64,000 nucleotides of DNA from Deltaproteobacteria bacterium (GCA_019310485.1 JAFDEF010000001.1:13289-77288); one strand, 5' to 3'; positions 29,321 to 38,258 are shown, counted from the first letter of the stretch. The notes: generated by a model from the letters alone, not told the origin. Numbers and translations are program-made.

Positions 29321-30205
29321 CTATTTCAGTGATTCAAACAGGTCCAGGGCCTGTTTTGGATTCAGGCCTTCGTGGACAATCCCGCTTAGTGCCCTCATCA
29401 TGGCTACCGGATGAGGGTTCTGCCAGACGTTTCTCCCAAGGTTGATACCTATGGCTCCCTTTTTCATACCATCATACACGAAGTCAAAGACCTCAAGCTC
29501 TGTTTCGCATTTCGGGCCGCCGGCAATGACCACGGGGACGGGACATCCGTTGGTGACCTTGTCAAAATCCTCTTTGCAATAGTAAGTCTTTACGATTTTT
29601 GCGCCGAGCTCTGCTGCAATACGGCAGCTGAGCGCAAGATAGCGCGCAGTTCTCTTTTCCAACTCCTTGCCCACCGCAGTAACTGCCATAACGGGTATAC
29701 CGTAATCCTCGCATTCATTTACGATCTGGGCAAGACTTTCCAGGGTTTCCTTTTCGTACTCGCTTCCCACAAATATGGAAAGCCCAACGGCCGCCACGTT
29801 CAACCGGATAATTTCTTCTATTGAAGTGGTCAAAACTTCATTTGCCAGATCCTTGCCTATGACACTTGTTCCTCCGGATACCCGTAGAATAATTGGGGTT
29901 TGCACGTCAGGATCAATGGAAGAGCGCAAAACACCTCGCGTAACAAAAAGGCCGTCAGCGTAAGGGAGAAGCTCCCTGACCGTCTCCCCTGGTCTTTCAA
30001 GACACCTTGTAGGTCCCTGAAAATAGCCGTGGTCAATGGGGAGAAACTGGCAATGCCCGTCTTCTCTTATAAGGCGTGAAAGTCGATTTCTCATTCCCCA
30101 ATCAAGGCTTCCTGCCCCCTTTATCCATTTGCCTTCTGCTCTTGTCTGCTCTTCAGGCATTTCGGATACACCCCTGGCTTCCTGGATTTTATCTGCATCA
30201 GCCAT
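29321..30205 (-). CDS. DhnA/class I aldolase family protein, LsrF-like (aldolase/thiolase)
   Basis: 294 aa. Motifs DWGMRNRLSRL, LPIDHGYFQGPT, FVGSEYE, Schiff-base Lys context AKIVKTYY, CPVPVVIAGG and NPHPVAMM. RBS GGGGAGGGAG lies upstream. Confidence 0.75.
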   Translation of the reverse strand: MADADKIQEARGVSEMPEEQTRAEGKWIKGAGSLDWGMRNRLSRLIREDGHCQFLPIDHGYFQGPTRCLERPGETVRELLPYADGLFVTRGVLRSSIDPDVQTPIILRVSGGTSVIGKDLANEVLTTSIEEIIRLNVAAVGLSIFVGSEYEKETLESLAQIVNECEDYGIPVMAVTAVGKELEKRTARYLALSCRIAAELGAKIVKTYYCKEDFDKVTNGCPVPVVIAGGPKCETELEVFDFVYDGMKKGAIGINLGRNVWQNPHPVAMMRALSGIVHEGLNPKQALDLFESLK

Positions 30206-30263
30206 AGCACTCCCTCCCCTTTAATTCATAGCAGTTCTTGTCCTTTCGCACACACCTTTTGGC

Positions 30264-30293
30264 ATTCTAGGAATAAGCAGGCAAACCTGTCAA
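30264..30293 (-). promoter_or_regulatory. Sigma70-type promoter candidate for the LsrF-like/ADH/fba unit
   Basis: The minus strand reads TTGACA-18 nt-TAGAAT, about 60 nt upstream of the LsrF-like start codon. Confidence 0.4.
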
Positions 30294-30411
30294 GCAGCAT
30301 TTGAAAAATGCCACAATCCAAGGTTTAGGCTCATTCACCGTTATATAGTCAAGTCGCCTACGGGCTTTTTCCTCTTTCACTAAGGTTTTTGGAGTGTTTT
30401 TGGATCGTGTT

Positions 30412-30615
30412 TTAATGTTGGTTGGTCGATATTACGGCTTTGGGGTTCCTTATGGCCTCTGGAGCAAAGACCGCGGCAATTGCCTCAGGCATCTGTGCAA
30501 GAGTTTTAAAACCCCCAATTTTGAAGGGTGACCAGTCCTTCCTACTAACACAGCATGGAAGTTCAATCCATGGATGATTAGTATTGAGAGATAATTGGCT
30601 CTTTTCATAAGCCAT
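30412..30615 (-). CDS. Hypothetical small protein (67 aa from ATG 30615)
   Basis: The ORF overlaps the AcnX small-subunit stop by about 11 nt (MAYEKSQLSLNTNHPWIELPCC...). No recognisable motif. It would be the last gene of the AcnX-containing unit. Confidence 0.25.
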   Translation of the reverse strand: MAYEKSQLSLNTNHPWIELPCCVSRKDWSPFKIGGFKTLAQMPEAIAAVFAPEAIRNPKAVISTNQH

Positions 30616-31021
30616 CTTTGTTTCGAATTTCGATATAGCCCTCATTCGCATTAATTCTCACGAAATCCCCGTCTTCGATAAATTCAAACGGATCTTCTTC
30701 CAGGTCATGGACCATAGGAGTTTCGGTGATGATCGCACTGACCGCCACGACGCCTTCTGCCTTTACGTTAATTATTCCCCTGGGTGCATGACCACGCTTG
30801 TAGGCGGCATAAAATTGCCAAGAACCTGTTGTTGAACCCTTCCCTGTGGGGAAAACAAGGATTTTGCCAGCCACGCTCCTACCCTCAAGCTCATGACCCG
30901 GTTCCCTTATAATACCCGTGTCAGGATCCATGCCACCGGTAAACGATATGGCTGTGCGGGAAACAATGGCTTCGCCTTCGGCGACCCCACCAGTCACAGA
31001 TTTTGCTCTAATTTTTCTCAA
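30605..31021 (-). CDS. Aconitase X swivel-domain protein (AcnX small subunit; former DUF126)
   Basis: VAEGEAIVSRTAISFTGGMDPDTGII...GKILVFPTGKGSTTGSWQFY. The preferred start is TTG 31021, preceded by GGAGGG and overlapping the large-subunit stop (ATTGA). The track ORF extends to 31084. Confidence 0.8.
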   Translation of the reverse strand: MRKIRAKSVTGGVAEGEAIVSRTAISFTGGMDPDTGIIREPGHELEGRSVAGKILVFPTGKGSTTGSWQFYAAYKRGHAPRGIINVKAEGVVAVSAIITETPMVHDLEEDPFEFIEDGDFVRINANEGYIEIRNKDGL

Positions 31022-32274
31022 TGGCGTCCCTCCCACCGTCCGGATATAGCTGCCTGCACGCACGCGCGGGTTGACCCAAAGCAAGTATCCATACCGAAAA
31101 GATTATGGGCATAATAACAGCCCCTGGCCGAATTCATTGCAATAACACGAATACCTTGCTCTTTCAGGTAAAGATGGGGGCCATCTGCCGCACCAACGTC
31201 AGCCACGATACGGGCACCTGAAGACTCGAGCTGTTCAAGCAAGCCCATCCTTTCACACAAGGTCTTTACCCATCTGGAGGTACAGATCCAAAGTTGCGTT
31301 TCAGCATGGAGTTTGTTGCTGCCTAACAATTGGGCAATCTCCTGCACCTCCTGGATGCTACACTGTGGACATCCGAAAATCACAAGATCCACCTTTTCCT
31401 CGGTGCAACTGGAAATCTCAGTGTAGGATTTGTCAACATCTTCCTGACGAACCACTATGTCTGGAGACGAAGGCGGGTTTTGGCCGAAAGCTTGCTCAAC
31501 ACTGCTGGCCTCCGGCGTTGTGCCGACTAAATGTACAAGCCCCATTGCGCCGGTTACAGTCAAAGAATAAAGAAGCCCTTTGATTGCCTCTATGGGCAAG
31601 TTGTTGGGCAAGTTGACAAAGACCGGGATTTTCGTACCGGCAATTTTCCCCAAATGCCACCCCAAGGCTTTGTAATCGCATGGATCGTAGTCCTCAAAAT
31701 CCAAAGATCCCACATCGATAAGAATCTCGCCCTTTCTATTTTGGGTAAGGTGCAACCCCCATTCCGGAATTGCACCCACAATAGCTGCAGCCAGGGCAAC
31801 GTGATCTCCGTCCCTATTAGACCTGGCTCCAATAACCGAATTAGCGAAAACCTGGCTCCCTGAAGAAGCCCATGCGATGTGGTCCCCGAACCTGGGGACA
31901 TTGCCCACCAGGTAGTGGTGGCACGAATAAGTAAGTGCAACACCCAGAGATTTTAGCGCCTCATGAATCCTTTTTTGCTTAGACCTCAGGCCGGCAGGGA
32001 CCTTTAGCTCATCAGCCTGTTCAAAGTCATACATTTCAGGGTTCTTGGTTGTAAACACCCTTACCCTGGTTCCATCACTTGCCAAATCCTCCAGCCACTC
32101 TATTCCCTCCTCCATAAGCACTGGATAATTACCGGCAATGTGAACGCTAGTAATGGTAATCAATCGTTCGGCTTCGTAGCACTCGCCGTAAGCAGCAAGG
32201 ATCTCCATCGCTTTTCGGGCACCGCGACCCTCTTTGCCGTCCAACATTTGCTTCTGATTTTCCGTGAGCTTCAT
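31018..32274 (-). CDS. Aconitase X catalytic-domain protein (AcnX large subunit; former DUF521)
   Basis: 418 aa, MKLTENQKQMLDGKEGRGARKAMEILAAYGECYEAERLITITSVHIAGNY. Length and N-terminus are typical of the family. Confidence 0.85.
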   Translation of the reverse strand: MKLTENQKQMLDGKEGRGARKAMEILAAYGECYEAERLITITSVHIAGNYPVLMEEGIEWLEDLASDGTRVRVFTTKNPEMYDFEQADELKVPAGLRSKQKRIHEALKSLGVALTYSCHHYLVGNVPRFGDHIAWASSGSQVFANSVIGARSNRDGDHVALAAAIVGAIPEWGLHLTQNRKGEILIDVGSLDFEDYDPCDYKALGWHLGKIAGTKIPVFVNLPNNLPIEAIKGLLYSLTVTGAMGLVHLVGTTPEASSVEQAFGQNPPSSPDIVVRQEDVDKSYTEISSCTEEKVDLVIFGCPQCSIQEVQEIAQLLGSNKLHAETQLWICTSRWVKTLCERMGLLEQLESSGARIVADVGAADGPHLYLKEQGIRVIAMNSARGCYYAHNLFGMDTCFGSTRACVQAAISGRWEGRH

Positions 32275-32317
32275 GGTCTAATACACTATCCTTCCGAAGT
32301 CCTGCTTGTACTTACTA

Positions 32318-33814
32318 TCAGACTTTATATTTCCGAAGTTCCCGCTTCAAGATCTTTCCCTGAGGGGTTTTGGGCAGGTCTTCCATGAAAATGACCCTCT
32401 TAGGGGCTTTGTAAGACGCCAGCCTCTCCTTACAAAACTTGATAAGCTCATCTGCGGTGGCTTTGCGGCCTTTCTTAAGGCGTACAAAGGCGGTCACGGT
32501 CTCCCCGTATTCTTTGTCCGGGAGCCCTGCAACGCCGCACTCTTCAACAGCATTGTGCTTATAAAGCACATCTTCCACTTCAGAAGGATATACGTTCAAC
32601 CCCCCGCTTATGACCATATCCTTTATCCTGTCGATTATGTAAAGATAGCCGTCCTCATCCATTCGGCCGAGATCCCCCGAATGAAGCCAGCCTCCATCCA
32701 TGGCCTTTGCACTTTCCTCCGGTCTATTGAAATATCCTTTCATAACATTGGGTCCCTGGATAAGGATTTCTCCCTCTTCTCCAACGCCAAGTTCATTTCC
32801 ATCCTGGTCTGCAATCTTCACTTCAGCGAGACCAGCAGGCGTACCCACCGACCCAACTTTGTGCCTGTATAAATGGTTGAAAGTGACTAGGGAGGATGTT
32901 TCAGTCATGCCATAGGCTTCATAAATGTTCAGGCCGAACTTATCCTTCCATTGCCTAACGACTTCTGAGGGCATACTCGTTGCCGCCGAAAACGAATAGC
33001 CGACAGATTTCAAGTGCTTATGACAGTGGGGGTTATTGAGAAAGCGGATGTAAACCGTTGGAACCGCGTACAAGCGTGTCACCTTGTTTGACTCGATTGA
33101 TGAAATAATTTCATCCATTTCAAAGCCTTTATGCAAAACCAGAGTCGCGCAGGCATAAAACATTGAGTTCATTATGTGACAACCCGCAAAAACATGATTT
33201 AAGGGCATAAAACAAAGACCTGCATCCCCGGAAGTGGTTCTTTCATGAAAGCAAACATTCTGAGCCGTGTAGAGGAGATTCTTATGGGTAAGCATTGCTC
33301 CTTTGGGTATGCCCGTCGTTCCCCCTGTGTATAAGATCACGCACGTATCATCAGGCGCACAATTAATGCTCTTGAATGGAGCCACTTTGCTTCCCCTAAC
33401 CTCGCATAAAGTTGATAGGGTACTGTCTTTTTCGATAATGAGTATATCCTTAATATATGGTAGCTTTTCACTCACCGGCACGTTTGGTAGAAGGGACTCA
33501 CTGGTCACCAGCACGACAGGTTCAGAGTCGCGAAGTATGTGCTCCAGCTCAAAACTTTTGTAAGCAGCACTCACGCATACCGCAATGGCACCCAGCCTTA
33601 TCATCCCGTAGTAAATCATAATCCACTCGGGCCTGTTACCGGCATACAGTGCTATCCTATCACCTTTGCTGATTCCCAGTTCTCTAAAATAGGACGCTAC
33701 AACACTAACACACGCATCCAGTTCCCTGTATGTAAAGGCCTTATTCCCGTATACAACAGCCTTCTTCTCAGGGAAATACTTGGCTCCCTGGGTCACTACG
33801 TCAGAAAGATTCAT
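32318..33814 (-). CDS. AMP-forming acyl-CoA ligase (ligase 1)
   Basis: 498 aa. AMP-binding motifs ILYTGGTTGIPKGAMLTHKN, YGMTETS and GWLHSGDLGRMDEDGYLYIIDRIKDMV. Confidence 0.85.
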   Translation of the reverse strand: MNLSDVVTQGAKYFPEKKAVVYGNKAFTYRELDACVSVVASYFRELGISKGDRIALYAGNRPEWIMIYYGMIRLGAIAVCVSAAYKSFELEHILRDSEPVVLVTSESLLPNVPVSEKLPYIKDILIIEKDSTLSTLCEVRGSKVAPFKSINCAPDDTCVILYTGGTTGIPKGAMLTHKNLLYTAQNVCFHERTTSGDAGLCFMPLNHVFAGCHIMNSMFYACATLVLHKGFEMDEIISSIESNKVTRLYAVPTVYIRFLNNPHCHKHLKSVGYSFSAATSMPSEVVRQWKDKFGLNIYEAYGMTETSSLVTFNHLYRHKVGSVGTPAGLAEVKIADQDGNELGVGEEGEILIQGPNVMKGYFNRPEESAKAMDGGWLHSGDLGRMDEDGYLYIIDRIKDMVISGGLNVYPSEVEDVLYKHNAVEECGVAGLPDKEYGETVTAFVRLKKGRKATADELIKFCKERLASYKAPKRVIFMEDLPKTPQGKILKRELRKYKV

Positions 33815-33893
33815 ACCTCATCCCTCCGAACCAAGACAAATGCTTCATTTCAAATAAGGTCACCAATCCTATTGATGCCTCCAATCTCTTCAA

Positions 33894-35348
33894 TCATTCA
33901 CCGAGGGACCTTACGTATTCTGCGGCGTTTTCGCCAGCTATCCGCCCGCTATTCAGCGCAAAACCCATCGTATTGCCTGGCAAAATAAAGACATAACTGT
34001 CACCGTATATCGTGCATGCATCAGTTCCCACGGCGTATAGACCCGGGATCACTTTCCATTCCTTGTCCAGCACCTCAGTCCTATGGTTGATCTTGATACC
34101 TCCAAGGCTTCCATATGCACTCGGAAAATGCTTTGCGGCGTAGAATTTAGGGACCTTGACGGGCCGGAGATACCTGTGGTTTTTGTTAAAAAGATTGTCA
34201 TACCCTTTCTCGCAACATTCGTTATATTCATCTACCGTTCTGTGTAGACCGGAGGCATCAATCCCAGTTTTCTTGGCCAATTCTTCCAGTGAATCGGCCA
34301 CATATATTTCCCTAAACCCCTGGTCAAGCGCATTCTTGATCGCCACGTCCATATTTTCAATTTTCATAAACGGGAAAACAACGCTGATGTTATCAAACCC
34401 CACCGTCTCCATATGTTTTTTCGTATTTTCATCAAAAATGAGAAACGCACATCTTCCCTTTTGCCTGGAAATCGCGTTTCCTGTATAGGTGGTGTTCGCC
34501 ATAATGGCCTCATCCATAAAACGCTCCCCCAAAAGGTTAACCATAAGGTGGGGCTGCCGTAAGGCCGCTTGAAGGTTGGGCTCAAGCTGTTTGGAGAAGC
34601 CGTAGATGAGTTCCATAGTCATCTCAGTTGGAGCCGCCCCCACTTCCCATGCCATTTGGATGCCATCCCCATTCAAACCGGGAATTCGAAAAGGGAACAG
34701 GTCACGCCCGCAATCGAAACCGGTAAATTTTTTGATTATTTCTGGATTATCGCCAAATCCGCCCGTGGCCACAATTACTGCTTTTGCCTTTGCTTGGATG
34801 GGCTGCCCGGATTTGTCTTCGGCGATAACACCTGTAATCCGACCACCTTCCCTCTGGATTTTCCTGGCCGGTGTTCTTAGCAGGATGTCGACCCCAAGTT
34901 GTTTAGCACGATCAGTCATGATTTTAGTCATAGTCGCCGAGGCCATAGGGCCAGGCTGACCACTGGCCGGTTTTACCAAATGCCAAGTAAAATGAGCCCC
35001 CCGGAAATAGGCTGCTGGCTCGACAAATTCAACGCCCATCCTCTCCAACCAGTCGATCGTATCCGCCGATTTGTTTAGATACGCCCTCACCAGCCTGGCA
35101 TCAACACGCCAGTGCGTATATTCCATAAAAGTTCTAAATGCCTCATCTTTTGTGGGACCATGCTGCTTCAGGCGCTGCAGCCGGCTTTCAACTGCGAGAG
35201 GCCCCATCCCCATATTTCCTGCTCCTCCTGTCCTGGGGGCTTTTTCAAAGACGATGACATTGACTCCACCCTCAGCGGCGGCTATGGCTGACGCCAAACC
35301 GGAAACACCGGCTGCAATCACTACAACATCGGCCTTTAACTCCTTCAT
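33894..35348 (-). CDS. FAD-dependent oxidoreductase, fumarate reductase / 3-ketosteroid dehydrogenase-like flavoprotein
   Basis: Dinucleotide fold ADVVVIAAGVSGLASAIAAAEGG, plus VIVATGGFGDN and C-terminal IPGLYAVGTDA. ATG 35348 (MKELKADVVV, RBS GGAGGAAG) is preferred over the track start 35450. Confidence 0.8.
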   Translation of the reverse strand: MKELKADVVVIAAGVSGLASAIAAAEGGVNVIVFEKAPRTGGAGNMGMGPLAVESRLQRLKQHGPTKDEAFRTFMEYTHWRVDARLVRAYLNKSADTIDWLERMGVEFVEPAAYFRGAHFTWHLVKPASGQPGPMASATMTKIMTDRAKQLGVDILLRTPARKIQREGGRITGVIAEDKSGQPIQAKAKAVIVATGGFGDNPEIIKKFTGFDCGRDLFPFRIPGLNGDGIQMAWEVGAAPTEMTMELIYGFSKQLEPNLQAALRQPHLMVNLLGERFMDEAIMANTTYTGNAISRQKGRCAFLIFDENTKKHMETVGFDNISVVFPFMKIENMDVAIKNALDQGFREIYVADSLEELAKKTGIDASGLHRTVDEYNECCEKGYDNLFNKNHRYLRPVKVPKFYAAKHFPSAYGSLGGIKINHRTEVLDKEWKVIPGLYAVGTDACTIYGDSYVFILPGNTMGFALNSGRIAGENAAEYVRSLGE

Positions 35349-35591
35349 TGTTCTTCCTCCCCGTATAATATTTATTCCCGCCGCACGCGGCGTGACCAAA
35401 CGCTGGAGCTGACGAATCTTCCATGCTAACCACCCTAGCGTCGTTAACATGGAAGAACCGCAGCTCAGCTCGGCATAGACCTTGCTTATCTTTATATCTT
35501 CACCTCAGCCGTATCTAAGGCCAGAAATATGGATCAACACTGTCTCTGTTGCCTGCACCGAAAGGATTACACTGACTGATAAATATGTTAA

Positions 35592-35867
35592 TCAGTTTCT
35601 TGGAGGCGGATATTGACCGCACATAAGCGACGCAGAGATTTCCTGAAAGTTCATGGCCGCACCACTAAATCCTAGTACTAAGCATCCTATCTGTACCACC
35701 TTTAAATCCTCCCCATCCGAAATGTTGCCACTGTTTTCATAGACTATGTGCTGCACAGTTCTGCCCACGCGAACTTCACTCGCATGAACGATAGGGTTTC
35801 TTAAAAGCATATAACAGGAACACGGCCAAGCTTTTCGCGGCACCCCCGAGACCTTCTTTTTGCTCAC
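35592..35867 (-). CDS. Hypothetical protein (GTG start)
   Basis: 91-aa ORF co-directional between the SnoaL-like and FAD genes. Weak RBS and no motif recognised. Confidence 0.25.
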   Translation of the reverse strand: MSKKKVSGVPRKAWPCSCYMLLRNPIVHASEVRVGRTVQHIVYENSGNISDGEDLKVVQIGCLVLGFSGAAMNFQEISASLMCGQYPPPRN

Positions 35868-35882
35868 CTCTGAAAAAAGGAA

Positions 35883-36482
35883 TTATTCCTCCGGCTCAGG
35901 CGGAAGAGGCAAGAATTGCCCGTCTTGAGCAGGATCATAAGGCGCGTATATGGGGCTAACCGGAGGTTGGCCTTCGTGAGTAAGGCTACCTATAATTGGC
36001 ATCTTCACCCAGCCCTTATCAAACGGTGTTCTAAATATCACATACCACTTGAACACACGGTATTTCCATTTCCCCTCCTCTTTAGTAAATTCAATGTCAT
36101 ACTTGCCGGACTGCCACATGGCGACCAGCCCATCCTCGGTCTGAATGGTGTTACAACCAAAGGAGTGCCACATGCCCCTTGCGGTTTGACCATCTCTGGC
36201 TACTTCTACAACAGGGGTCATCAGCATATGGAGGGCCAGACCGCCAGCGAACTTATATTTCTCCCCCAGGATCTTGAACAACGTCATCACGCCTTCAAAA
36301 CCCTTATATTCGCCGCTGTCAGCCAGCTCTACTCTTACGCCCGGGTCTTTTTTAGAAAACATGTCCAGGATTTTATCGTACCTGTTGGACAGAATATAAT
36401 GATTATATCTGCCCTGAAGATTGCAGATGTCCCGGTAATCTTCTAAATGGGCGATCCGTGCTTCCAGATCTTTCTGTGTCAT
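35883..36482 (-). CDS. NTF2-fold / SnoaL-like protein
   Basis: 199 aa. The N-terminal LEDYRDICNLQGRYNHYILSNRYDKILDMF pattern and the length fit SnoaL_4-type NTF2 proteins. Confidence 0.6.
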   Translation of the reverse strand: MTQKDLEARIAHLEDYRDICNLQGRYNHYILSNRYDKILDMFSKKDPGVRVELADSGEYKGFEGVMTLFKILGEKYKFAGGLALHMLMTPVVEVARDGQTARGMWHSFGCNTIQTEDGLVAMWQSGKYDIEFTKEEGKWKYRVFKWYVIFRTPFDKGWVKMPIIGSLTHEGQPPVSPIYAPYDPAQDGQFLPLPPEPEE

Positions 36483-36579
36483 GGTGCACCTCCAATCTCG
36501 TTTTACTGTGACCGCTCTTCTAATTGCGCCATCCAGAAAAAACAGACATTAACGCTATCAGTGCAATTGTCAGTTAGAA

Positions 36580-37050
36580 TCACGGACTTACAATGTTACC
36601 GTACACGTTGTGTTTCTTTTTCAATTCTTGCACTTTTTCATGATCTTCTTGAAAGTACTTTACATGCTTCTGTTTTATTTCTTCCAGATGCACCGAAACC
36701 CCATGCGGGGAAAACCGGGGATGTTTCCCATCCTCCTGATTCCACTCCACCTTGATTTCGTCTCCTTCCCCAATTAGAACACTGTAAACATTGCATAAGG
36801 GGAAACAGCGTACGGCAATCTTTCGGGCGCCTTAAGAAGCACCCCCATGCCCTGTGCACCTCCTTGCAGGCCCTGGGGCACCCCTTGACAGGATGCGCCC
36901 CGTGAGATCGTGGACAAATAGAGAGATGTTGGGATTTAATGGCAAGGCTCCCAAACGCCCGGTATCTGGCCATATGTTCGAGGATGCCCAAGCACTGCTC
37001 CAGGGATTGAAGTTCACAATTGAATACTTAGGCCAGCTCGTGAAATTAGG
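36580..37050 (-). pseudogene. Decayed, frameshifted C-terminal fragment paralogous to the flavoprotein at 37207..38127
   Basis: One minus-strand frame gives RCFPLCNVYSVLIGEGDEIKVEWNQEDGKHPRFSPHGVSVHLEEIKQKHVKYFQEDHEKVQELKKKHNVYGNIVSP*. The intact gene reads FCPVCWVRGKVHMEGTEMKVTWDEESKRIPRFSERGVFSHLDLIKNLQKTFYENEDKVKEMKKKYEHYGNIVRPQAG. Upstream matches (VLLKAPERLPYAV vs VLKVPGRLPEVF; EHMARYRAFG vs EYIERARKLG; VNF) fall in other frames, separated by stops. Confidence 0.6.
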
Positions 37051-37206
37051 TGAATGACCAATAAGCATCTTTGTAAAGGCCTATTTGCAGAGGCTTTCGA
37101 ACTACTTTATATTAGCGGCTGTGATCATCCCCTCTCCAATCTGGCTTCCATCCACGGCGATAGTGCTCTTTCCCATGGCTATCGATGCCTCTGATTGAAG
37201 GCCTTT

Positions 37207-38127
37207 TCAGCCTGCTTGAGGCCTTACGATATTGCCGTAATGCTCATATTTCTTTTTCATTTCTTTCACCTTGTCCTCGTTCTCGTAGAAAGTCTTCTGA
37301 AGGTTCTTGATCAAATCCAGGTGGCTGAATACACCCCTCTCTGAGAACCGGGGTATCCTCTTGCTTTCCTCATCCCATGTTACCTTCATCTCTGTGCCCT
37401 CCATATGGACCTTACCCCGGACCCAGCATACAGGACAGAAAACTTCAGGAAGTCTCCCGGGCACCTTCAACACATTGCAGTGACACACTGGGCAGGAAAC
37501 GGCGCTATCTTCTCCCATGTATCGCACCTCCTCTATGGGCATCATCATGGCCGCCGCAACATTCCTCCCCAGTTTCCTCGCCCTTTCAATATACTCTGGG
37601 TGAAGTAACACAGAGGCTGGCCTCCCACAGAAGTTCACCTGCATCTGGTCCACCAGCCGCCAGGAATGCTGAACGAAGATGTTCGCTGAGGTGAGGCCCA
37701 GAGGCGTCCACTCTGGCTCTCCACCTCCCACGCTAATAATGCCACCCACCTTGTTCTTTTTTAAGATCTCGGGGTGCTTAAACATGACGGGGAGCATCCT
37801 CTCATGTATGCATTCGAAGTAGCCATTCGCCCTGAGGTGATAGAGGGGGTGGGCGAGGATAAAGCCCGCATCCTCCAAAAGGACCTTCTCGAGGATCCAG
37901 GGGACATCATCGTCCTTGATCGCGCAAACGGGTTCCTTACCCCGGACCATGAGCATAGTGCACGTCTCACACCCTTTACAAGGCTTTACTCTAAGTTCCA
38001 TTGCACGAATGATTTCCGATTCCACTCCAAGTTCTTCCGCGCCCATGAGCGCCTCTTTCAAAAGGCATTCAGAATTGCCGTTCTTCCTCCCGCAGGACAA
38101 CCCGATAATCTTTTTCTTCTTAGTCAT
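37207..38127 (-). CDS. Isf-like iron-sulfur flavoprotein with C-terminal CxxC-x15-CxxC extension
   Basis: 306 aa. Flavodoxin-like N-terminus IIGLSCGRKNGNSE, cysteine cluster CKGCETCTMLMVRGKEPVC, and an extra tail of about 110 aa with CPVCHCNVLKVPGRLPEVFCPVCW. Confidence 0.75.
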   Translation of the reverse strand: MTKKKKIIGLSCGRKNGNSECLLKEALMGAEELGVESEIIRAMELRVKPCKGCETCTMLMVRGKEPVCAIKDDDVPWILEKVLLEDAGFILAHPLYHLRANGYFECIHERMLPVMFKHPEILKKNKVGGIISVGGGEPEWTPLGLTSANIFVQHSWRLVDQMQVNFCGRPASVLLHPEYIERARKLGRNVAAAMMMPIEEVRYMGEDSAVSCPVCHCNVLKVPGRLPEVFCPVCWVRGKVHMEGTEMKVTWDEESKRIPRFSERGVFSHLDLIKNLQKTFYENEDKVKEMKKKYEHYGNIVRPQAG

Positions 38128-38258
38128 TTGCGCCTCCTTTCTTCTTTTATTAATCTCAATTATCTTGCACTCGACAACCTCTTTTCAGAGGAAGTAATGT
38201 CCTTATGAAGCAGCGTCCCTTTTGCAATTCTCTTACATTGTCTCAAACTTCAGTGCGG

